A stretch of 64,000 nucleotides of DNA from Lama glama (Eukaryota). Below, in pieces: positions 54,131 through 64,000 of the stretch. The number at the start of each line of letters is the position of its first letter. Position 1 is the stretch's first letter. The translations under genes were made by a program, and so were the position numbers. The notes beneath the pieces are model-generated. The model had not been told where the DNA came from and searched no databases. It saw only the letters and a list, made by a program, of their open reading frames with translations. The stretch is from assembly GCA_028534125.1 (NCBI GenBank), contig CM052816.1, positions 76,324,001 through 76,388,000 on the forward strand, given 5' to 3'.

Positions 54131-54460
54131 GGACAGTGAATAAAAGAAGTATCAAAAGAAAAGATGAAAACACCAATGGCCAAATGATATTAAATTTAGA
54201 AAAAAATATGAAGTCTTTCTTCAGAGTCCCTGTGTAAGCTTTACATAAAATATCCTTAAATATCTCTTTAGGGATGTATTCATCAAAGAGCAGTGAAACA
54301 AGCTGAATGAAATAGCTTTAGAATTTTTAAAAATTTTCTTATATTATAGCTACTTGATTTATGAAAAAGACAAACGCTATCATTTTAACATCACAGCCAC
54401 ATTAAATAACAATAAATACTCTACTATTTCCCATGTATGATCAGTTGCTAAAATTTGAGC

Positions 54461-54463
<3 letters not shown>

Positions 54464-54497
<34 letters not shown>
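54464..54497. repeat. (GT)17 microsatellite
   Basis: Perfect dinucleotide run. Confidence 0.98.
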
Positions 54498-54500
<3 letters not shown>

Positions 54501-54694
54501 GCTAAATTTGAGAAGTGAGTATTATAATTTACTAAAATTTTCTTTGTTTCACATGAGAAATTGAATGCCACAAATTATTTTTAGTTTTATTTTATTGATG
54601 ATTAATACTTAGAAAGACATTAAACAGGCAGGTTTCTACTAGATGCTTTATATTCTGTGACTACATTAAAGGCAATATGTGTTAATTTTATAGA

Positions 54695-55560
54695 ACAACT
54701 GACACTCTCATACAGTGCTGGTGAGAATACACATTGGTACTTTGAAAAACTGTTGGCAGCATCTACGAAGATGAATACATGCAAACTCTAGGTATTAATT
54801 GTCTCTTTCTGTGTAAATTATCACAAACAGTGGCTGAAGACACAACTGTTATTAGCTCACAGTTCTGTAAGTCAGAAGTCCAACACAGTGTGGCTGGGTT
54901 ATCTGTTCAGGGTATATAAGGCTGAAAGCAAGCATTGGCGGACTGAGTCCTCATCTGGAGGTTCTGGGGAGAAATCCACATTGCGGGCAAAATTCAGGTC
55001 ATTGAGATTGTAAGACTAAGGTTCTGTTTCCTTGATGGCTGTTACCTGAGGGCCACTCTTGGCTCCCAGAGGCTACTCTTCAGTCCTTGTATGAGGACCC
55101 CTGCATCATCAAGCCAGCAGTGATGCAGCAAGTATCCTATGGGCTTCAAATCTCCCTGACTTCCTCTTGTGCTCCTGGAGAAAACCCTGCTTTTACAGCA
55201 GCAGTGTGATTAGATCCACCCACCTGCATCTCTCTCTATCATAAAGCCCACATGGATAATCTCCCTATCATTAGGCCATGGAATCGTGGGGCCCATTTTT
55301 AGTATTCTGCCTACTTCCTCCTATGACTGAGCAGTTCCAGTCCTGGATAGATACCCAACAGAAATGCATACATATGTTCACCAAAATACATGCACAAGAA
55401 TGCTAATAGTAAGAGAACTCACCCAAAATCTGTAGAAATTACTCAACAACAGTAGGATAAATTGCAGCATATTCTTAAAACTGAATGCAGAAATGAGAAT
55501 GAACAAAGTACAAATACAACAACATGAATGAATCTCACACACATAGTGTGGAGTAAGCAA
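54695..55560 (+). mobile_element. Old L1M 3' fragment split by an MLT1 insertion
   Basis: actctcatacagtgctggtgagaat...gcatctacgaag resumes after the LTR as ctatgactgagcagttccagtcctggatagatacccaacagaaatg. Confidence 0.75.
54791..55316 (-). mobile_element. MaLR LTR (MLT1E-like) nested in L1
   Basis: attagctcacagttctgtaagtcagaagtcc...ctcatctggaggttctggggagaaatcc...attctgcctac. Confidence 0.8.
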
Positions 55561-55569
55561 GTAATAGTG

Positions 55570-56070
55570 TTTTGTGGGAGCAAATGGAGAGATATCTCTC
55601 TTGACCCAGAAAATCATAGAAAGATTCTTGGAGAAGGTACAGTACTGCAGAGTTAAGAGCGAGTGATGGAGGAAGTAGGGGACAGGACTAAATTTTAAAT
55701 TGAAAGAATTATATGAACAGAAGCAACATATCTGTAAAAATTATAAGTGGATGGGTATTATGAATAGAAAGCAAAATAGTGAACATGATGGGAAAAGGTG
55801 TGTCTGGAGAATTTGGCAGGGTCAGAACATGGAGAACCCTGAAAGCCATTTTAAGATGACTGACTTTAATCCTGTAGGTGACAGGGACATAGGAGGTCTT
55901 TGCAAAAGAAATTAGATGAGCATATTTCTATTTGGGGTCATTGACACTGCAGAGTGAAAGGTAACATTAAAAGAGGAAAGTAGGTGGGGGACTAGGCTAC
56001 TTAGGAGGCTGTTCAAGGAGTACAGGTAAAAGGTGTTGGGAGCCTGAGTTAGCTGGGGAGGAGGAGAGAC
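55570..56070 (-). mobile_element. L2 fragment
   Basis: gggtcagaacatggagaaccctgaaagccattttaagatgactgactttaatcctgtaggtgacaggga. Confidence 0.6.
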
Positions 56071-56920
56071 ACTCTTAACAAGTATGGATGCCTTACATCC
56101 ACCTCCCTTCCAAAAACATCTTCCAAAGTCTTAATTCATGCTAAAGTATAATTGGCTAATAATACAGTTGTTGAATATTTTCATGTCTCCCAAGAAAAAG
56201 TGAAATTACAAATTAACTAGGGATGTAGCTCTAAGTTGAAAAGATGACTTCTGATTGTGCAATGGCAGGTATTTTCCTGAAGAAGATTTCATTTGTTTAT
56301 TTCTAAACCATCAAGACTTTTCCAAATGCACCACACCCATGAATAAGGGAACCAGAGTAGAAGATACATTACAAGGCTGAGATGTCTGAGCAAAATCTCT
56401 GCTTTTAATTCTGTGACCTTCATAAGGTCAGCCACAGCAGAGATCTGGGACCGAAATTCTTCAGGACTTTCACGTACAACTGTGCCCAGTGAGATAGTTA
56501 CATAAAAGAAATTTCCTAAGCCATACATTTACTATTTCTACTAGAAAAGCCTTATAAAGTCAATTCCCATGGACACATAATAGGACAGCAGAGAGGTCTA
56601 TAACATCTGTGTTAATGTGTGCATTTTGACTTATATATAAAACTGGCACAAATATAAATCTTTTTCTTTTAAGCTTCTATTGGGATTCTTCTTTGCAAAC
56701 CTTCCCCCAAGGTTTTAATCCCAATTTACAAAGAGAATGGAATTGGCTTTTGAAATGAAGCATATGTGTTGATATGATTAATTTCACCCAAATTCTATGT
56801 AAATCTAGTTGTAACTGTTTTCAATAGAGCAATAAAGAATTAATTTTCAATTACTCTAATTGAACTAAAATGAGGAATTAGTATTTGGCTTTATTACTTT
56901 GGATTTTGCCTTCTCTCCCT

Positions 56921-56960
56921 ACACACACATGTGTGCACGCACACACACACACACACACAC
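56921..56960. repeat. Interrupted (CA)n microsatellite
   Basis: acacacacatgtgtgcacgc(ac)10. Confidence 0.9.
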
Positions 56961-58659
56961 TTTGCTGTGAATTACTTGGCAGGATCAGAACCTTTCATCA
57001 GGCAATTATTCCAGACTAATCTGTAAATAATTTTCCTACCCACAAAAGGACTTAGAAGTTTTTAAAGAGAGAAAAACATAATGATATCTTTTAACATAAA
57101 ATTACTTCTGGGAAATACTAATTTTTCTCACTTTTCTCATCATATTTTGATTGAGTTAGCTGAAGGAATCCTTTTGTTTAGGTTTTTTGTTTAAGAAGGC
57201 AAGAAATAATTTAAAATTGATTATAATATTCCAGAGGTACTCTGGCAAAAGCAATATGACAGGTACATCATTTCTTCTGCTGAATTTCATATTCTGTTAA
57301 TGCATCCAGAAGTCATTGTGTGTCATCCCAAGTATTAAGATTCCTCTAAGCTTCATATGTCATCTACATATTTAAAGATGTATTCTGTTCTTCTAAGTCG
57401 TTGATGGATGTGTTGAATTTCAAAAGCTCAAGAACTGAATACTGTGATACAACACTTGAAACCTCTCTTCAGGTTTATAAAAGTATTTATTTATGTTTAA
57501 ATTTGATCATTTAACAAAGTATTAATCCACTTAATTCTACCAACATTCATTGTAACTTATTATAACATGACTATGATAATATTTTGAGAGCTATTTATAA
57601 ATGCTTTGCTAAAGTCTATGTTTTCTATGTGAACAAAGTTTTCTTGAGTTATCAATCCAATATTCTTAATAAAGATGCAGTTTTTGCTCTTAAATTGAAA
57701 GATCCCTGACTCTTAGCCATTAGAAGTCAGTGTGACATCCTTTCCTTTCTAAGGCATCATATGTTAACTGCAGCAGAATAAAATTTAGAAATATTAACAC
57801 TTTTTATAACTGGAAATTTATTTTTACCCTGGGACATATTCCCCATTAAAACCAGACCTTGAAGCTGAGAAAGCCATTGCCTTGGATCTGGGTTGTACAG
57901 GAGTTAAAAAAAAAAAAAAGACAAAGAAGTTTTTGCTTTGCGTTTCAAGATACATGGTTGAAACTCACTTATGAGACAAGTCTTAGAAAGGTTTGAGGAG
58001 TTGAAAATAGCAGGGACTGTTCCCTAATGGCCATATGCAGGAAGAGACCCTGAAAATGACTGGCTGTTGACTCAAGACCACAGAATAGTATGTAGAGACA
58101 CAAGACACTATTTATCTTTGGATAGAGCTGAGAAAGTGGACGAGTAGATGCCTTTCATTGGGACCCAGAGAACATAGAGAAACATGATGGAATTGAGACA
58201 TTTCAGAAGTTGCCCGTTTGGGTAGATCTTTATGATAGAGAACTAGATGACCTCTTTTCATCAATGCCTGAGTTCTATAAAAGATATCTTGAACTTGGTT
58301 GCAACCTTAGTGGAAAATGGAAGGGAGAAAACACTTTATCGATAGAAAAACTCTGAAATTATCAGGGATAATAAAAGTGTGTCACTTATTAAAATTAAAA
58401 GATATTTATGCACACCTATTTTTATTAATCTTGACCTGTGAAATTTACACCAACTATAAGTCATTCTAAAAACCATTGGTAAGTATTTTCTACCACTTTG
58501 AGATGTCAAAATTGTATTTACCTACCTCTAGTTTTCCAATACTGCTTCCATTCTCTAAAGTCTTTGATATTTACCAACAATAACTCAACAATGACAATTA
58601 AATTTTCTCCAGGATATTCAAATTTATTTGGAGCAAGTAAGGTCCTTTCCTACATGCTT

Positions 58660-59375
58660 TAAAAAAAAAGTTTATTGTCAGAATAGTTTAAAAAAATTTA
58701 CAGTGATTACTCAACATTCACTACCTGTATTCTACAATTTAATTTATTCTAATATTTGCTTTATCATCTATCCTCCCCCACCTATCAATAAATCTATCAT
58801 ATTTTGATGCTTTTAAAATGTGTTGTATACATTAGTATACTGTCCTTTAAATACTTTAATATCATAACATTAGCTTGTTTGAAAAAATGTTATGGTTGCT
58901 TTTTTTGTTGTAAAATCTACATACAATGAAATGTACCTACTTAAATTATAACATTAGATAAGTTTTGGTGAATGTTTATGCCCCAGTTAACATGCAGAAT
59001 ATTGTTATCACCCCAGAAAGTTCTCCCATGCATTTCCCAGTGAATTTTCACCCACACCCCTCAGAGGCAACCACTGTTCTGATTTTTTTTTTTTAACCAC
59101 CCAGTAGTTTTCCCTATTTTAGAAGGGTTCTTTTTATTGAGTTATTCCATTGATGAATATGTCATTTAGTTATCCATTCTTTTATAAATAGACTTTGCAG
59201 TCTTTCAATTTTAACCATTATTAATAAAGCTGCTATAAATGTTCTTGTACAAGTCTTTTTGTGGACATACGTTTTAATATCTTTTGGGTAAATATTTAGT
59301 AGAAGAATTACTGGATCATAACAACAAGGTAAGTTTACTTTTCCAATAAACTGCCAAACCTTTTCTAAAGTGATA
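58660..59375 (-). mobile_element. Old L1M (L1MC/ME-type) 3' end
   Basis: atcaccccagaaagttctcccatgc...ggcaaccactgttctgattt...gctgctataaatgttcttgtacaagtctttttgtggacatacg. Confidence 0.7.
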
Positions 59376-59639
59376 TCTCGTCATGGTTTTCACAAGCCTT
59401 TAAACTATTCCGTGGTTGTGTTTATGTCAACCCAGCCAGTTAAATACTGCAGAAATTCCTTTTACTGCAGAAATTGAAGAAAAATAGAGAATAAAATTCT
59501 AATATCTAACAGCATAATATCCAGAGATATTTGTTCCTCTTTCTCTAAATATAACATTTGAAAGTAATTCCTCTTAATAGTTGCTCTTTGTATTGTATGT
59601 AAATTTTGTTTTAGTCTTGAACTCTGCCTAGGGGCATTT

Positions 59640-59920
59640 TATTTCGTTAACATTCAACAAGCATTTGCAAGTAGTTAACAAGGTCTAGAAAAATTCTTAA
59701 AATTGATGGTTAAATAGATAAATGTCATAATCCCTGCCTTTAGTTGTCTTAAGAGACAGATGTGTAAATAACTATGTACACATTTTATAATACTATTTTA
59801 GTTGCTTATATATGGTATAGGGAAGGCAAGAGTAAGGAAAGGTAAAATGTACTTGGTAGAATAGAAGAAGAGTCATGAAAATCTTTGAGGAGGAGATGCT
59901 TGCACTTAATTTTTTGTATA
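59640..59920 (-). mobile_element. L2 3' fragment
   Basis: cattcaacaagcattt...ataatccctgccttt...gaggaggagatgctt. Confidence 0.5.
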
Positions 59921-60520
59921 GGACTTTTAGAAGATGTTATGGTGGTTTAAATCCTTCTTTACTGTTATTTGTTGTTTTTAGTTTTGAGAACATACCAATT
60001 TTTTATTCCTCTGCAATCAAGATTGTGGAAGGTAACCTGGGCAACAGGTGCTAATTCTAGTCACATCTCTGTCTCTTGAACTATGATTTTCAAAGCCCTC
60101 ATTTTCTAATTTGTGTCCCTGACTACTTCACAACATTGTTGGGGTGGGGGAAGTATGGCAATGCACTTTCTTAAAATCTAAGCAAACGTAAGACATTATG
60201 AAGGTATAGTATCAGTAGTGATAACATATCTCTTTTTTTTTTGAAACTTTTCCCAGATGCTCTTCAAAACTCTTCATGTTCAATGTGTTGGTCCACCCAA
60301 GTATGTATCTTCATGAAATATTGCACACTTATCTCTTGACATGTCTGTTTCTTTGGTCCAGAACTCTCCTCCATCACCTTATTCCCATTTATTAGTCTTA
60401 TCTTTCCTGATTTGTATCATTTCCATGGAATTATATTTACCAAAAGTGTTCTAATCTCAAATTCACATTGTTTATTATTCCTACTCTGTTTATTAGCGTG
60501 GAGATATGCAAGAAGCCAGT

Positions 60521-60987
60521 TGTATTAGTTTCCTATTGCTGTTATAATAAATTATCACAAGCTTAGTGACTTAAATAACACACATTTGTAATCTTTTAGT
60601 TCTGGAGGTTCAAAATCCAAAATGGGTCTCATCGAGCTAAAACCAAGATTTTGTCAGGGCTGCATTCCTTTCTACAATCTTTAAAGGAGAATCCGTCTCC
60701 CTGTCTTTTTCAGCTTTGACAGGCCACCTGAATTCTGTGGTTCGTGGTCTCTTCCTCCATCTTTGCTGCCAGCAGGGTGGCATCTTTACGTCTCTCTTTG
60801 ACTGCTCTTCTACCTCCACGTTTAAAGGACTCTGATTACATGTGACTCACTGGATACTCCAGGATAATCTCTTTATCTTAAGTCCAGCTGATTAGCAATT
60901 CTAATTCTATCTGTCCTTCTTTGGTGTAATGTAACATACTGCCTGGTTCCGGGGATTAGAACATGGGCAATTATTCTGCCTACCATA
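60521..60987 (-). mobile_element. MaLR LTR (MLT1D-like), near full length
   Basis: tgtattagtttcctattgctgttataataaattatcacaagcttagtgacttaaa ... attattctgcctaccata. Confidence 0.85.
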
Positions 60988-61544
60988 CTGGTATTAATTA
61001 TTTTTTATTTGTTTGCTTGTTTTTACCTAACAATATTTTTGTTGGAGACCCCAGACACCTCCTTTATTGCTAGCCCTTTGTTCCTGTCACGTGTTCTCCA
61101 TAGTCGCTTGCTTCGCAGTTTTGTTTGGGCATCTTCTCTCTTCTTCGTGTTCACTGTAAAGCTTCCTTTGGGCAAATGACTTGCTTCCAGAGGGTGAAGT
61201 TTTAAGAAGGTCCTTGGGCTTTGGTTTTGCTTTGGCCACCCATTTATTTCTCATGTCATTCATTCTTCTTTCTTGTTAAAGTACTAAAGTTTAGTGAAAA
61301 ATAAAATCATTTTCATCACTCCTTGCGATTGCTCTGTTTCTTTAAGAGTTCAGAATCTCTTAATAACATTTATGATTTTAATAACTTATTTTTGGTAGGT
61401 GTTAATCATGAATCTAGGAACAAAAAGTAAAAAGTATCAGACAGAAGTTTTAGAAAATCTGTTTACACTCACATTATATTCATTCCTGGTAGACTTGTGT
61501 GTGTATGTGCATGCGCACACACACATGCATGGATGTTTGTGTAT

Positions 61545-61985
61545 GTGTATGTCAAGGTAACACTATCTTCTGAAATAAACAAACATCAAAATTTTAGTAG
61601 CTCAACATATTATATGAGAATTTTATATCTCACTAGCAGATACTCCAATGTGATTGTACTTGATTGGCAAGTAACGTCATGTGATAATTCAAGGACTCAG
61701 ATTCCTTCCACCCTGGAGCTCTGTCACTCTGTATGGTCTTGAAGGCCTCTGTAGACAGCAATAGAAAGGGAATCTCAGGATATAATGCATGGGAGTTTTT
61801 ATGAAGCTGGCCTGTGAGTGACATGCATAACTCCTGCTCAGAACTTATTCGTATGAACTAATCTTATGGCCACAGGTAGAGGATTGGGAAACACAGTTCA
61901 TAGATGGCCAACTGCTTGCCCATGACAGCTCTACACTGTGGAAGGGAGAGCATGAACATGGATGGACCTAACCATCTCAACCACA
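61545..61985 (-). mobile_element. MaLR LTR (MLT1J/K-like)
   Basis: caaaattttagtagctcaaca...attcaaggactcagattccttcca...atctcaaccaca. Confidence 0.6.
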
Positions 61986-63064
61986 GCATGCTTCTTGACT
62001 GGTTCTGCTATCTCTCCATACCTTCCCCTCCATACTCACTACCACCATCGAGCTCTATCTTAGTCCTCCATGATTCTTCACCAGAAATTCTGCACTCTTC
62101 TCCTATGAGTGGAGAGAGGCTCCTGTACATGGGGTGGTTTTAGACATGTGAATAACATGTATCCCTCCTCTGTGACACATTCTTTAAAGTATTCTGCACT
62201 GTGGTTCTAGTTTTAATTCTCATCTCTCTCCCCAGTATTGTCTCATAGAATATTAGACTTTTGTTTTCTTTAAATTCAGAAGTCTGGACTCCTCTATTGC
62301 AAGAGGGCTTTCATGATTATCTTGTACCTCCAACAAAGCTTCCCTTCCTTCTCTCTTTTTTTCCTACCATTTTCACACCTTAATGTAGGTTTCAGTCTTC
62401 TCCAGACTCTTCAAACTCTCATGCCTCTTAATGTTTTGTATTACTTTATACTGTGTATCTAATAGCAGTTCATCCACTCTTAAGTCAGATTATAGTAAAA
62501 ACATTTCCTTAAGACCTTACCTTTCTTTCCCATACTGAGTAGCCAATTTAAATAAACTCATAAAGGCTAAAATGACTGCATCTGGCAGGAGATGTTGGAA
62601 TATTTCCCTGGGCTTCTATGTGGTCAGTCCTGATTTCTCAACCATTTCTTGCATGATAACTCTTTTGGTTAATAACATGGTGCATATAATTGCTAAATAC
62701 TTATGTGGGTGGTCAAACCCAAAGTTGACCATTCTCTGGGTTAAGATAAATGGAATGAGAAAACAATATTTGTAAAATAGTTTAAGCTTCCATTTTCTAA
62801 GGTGGAAAACACAAAGTAGGGTTGGTTATTATATTGTCTCCCCAACTGAAGATCTGTAAAATATTTCTTCCCAGGGATTATATATTTTATTTGCTCTAGA
62901 TTGTTCTATAAAATTGGTCAAAGTTATGGTACATCTCTACAAAATCTTAACCTCATCCCCATCAAATATATATAGGTATAGTTGTATATAATTCTTTGTA
63001 CAAATGCAGGGGAGGTCAAGATTTTTCAAAGCACCCAACCCAAATTTAGACTTATCTCAAGGAA

Positions 63065-63290
63065 CCATAGCACAGTGATCAAGATCATGGCCTCTGGAGT
63101 AAGAGTGTCCAATGCACAGCTTTTGTGACCATGAGTAAGTTTCTTAACCCTTAGATGCCTCAGGATTGTCTTCTTTTTAATACTGCAAGAATATTAGATC
63201 CTATCTTATAGGGTCACTATAAAGGTTAAACTAATTAATTTAGTTATTTCTAAAACAATGGCTGCTACATGGTAAATACTGTATAATTAC
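63065..63290 (+). mobile_element. MIR
   Basis: catagcacagtgatcaagatcatggcctctggagt...tgtgaccatgagtaagtttcttaacc...gcctcag. Confidence 0.65.
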
Positions 63291-64000
63291 TAATTAATTA
63301 AATAAATTTATAGTAAATTAATTTATCAATTATTTTTCTGAGTTCAGGGGCTTAAATGTAACAGGTCATCACTATGATCCCTCTTCATCCAAATTTCTGA
63401 TTGCTGAAATCCATTGGAGCCATTGAAGTAACTATTAAAATTATACCTGGCTAATATGGACTTTCCTATTTTTTAAAGTGTTATAGTCGTACACTAGTTT
63501 CAATTATTTAATCAATGTGTGAATTAAGTAATAAAAATATCATTGAATTGTACAATATTAGAGGAACTATACCTTTGTTATTAGAAATAATGAACTAAAA
63601 AATATCTAAGAGAAATTTTACTTTAATAATTTACATATGCTTTCCCCAAAATAGATTAATTAGGGGAGAACTTGGTGGCTCTGCATGTTGGAGGGAAAGG
63701 AGACTATGATGAATAATTAGAATTAAAAAAGAAAAATAGGCTGTGCTATATTTTATTTTCCCTCAGTTCCAATCTTATCTTTTTCTCTTGACTTTTATTC
63801 TCTTTTTTAATAATAAAAAGATGAAACACTGCACCTATAAATCTATGAGCAAACTATACTTGCTACTGTGTTTGATTTTTCTAATTTTTTTCTTTTCTTG
63901 TCTTTCTCCCTCTTTTTTGCTATTAATTCTTCAATTAACCTTTTAGCCCCAACTACACTAAGAGTTTTTTTTTCTTGAAAGTAGATGGAGTGCTTGTGTC

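Noticed and set aside
59445..59475. 13-bp direct repeat tactgcagaaatt
   Set aside because: Only two copies 5 nt apart; an ordinary local duplication.
1..64000. Prokaryote-type systems (CRISPR arrays, operons, rRNA)
   Set aside because: The DNA is clearly mammalian, with no repeat-spacer arrays, long ORFs or rRNA motifs.

Overview
AT-rich mammalian genomic DNA, dense in transposon relics. A tRNA-derived SINE matching the camelid Vic-1 family (18198-18337) and cetartiodactyl-type L1 3' ends suggest a camel, llama or alpaca genome. The window holds L1, L2, MIR, MaLR/ERVL LTR and hAT DNA-transposon remnants plus microsatellites; subfamily names come from recalled consensus sequences and boundaries are approximate. 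I recognise no known protein-coding gene, and nearly all ORF-track entries are chance or repeat-derived. Five observations stand out. (1) Four small + strand candidate exons (7850-23169) are phase-compatible and splice into one frame: a signal-peptide-like segment followed by a hydrophilic segment, possibly a disabled or unannotated gene. (2) A TATA-driven antisense transcription unit may start inside that chain. (3) An L1 insertion carries a 3' transduction within a perfect 16-bp TSD. (4) Two neighbouring polyadenylated, TSD-flanked, non-L1 (LTR-like) retrocopies appear to have been mobilised by L1. (5) There is a strong CTCF motif. The gene models are hypotheses that need alignment or RNA data.
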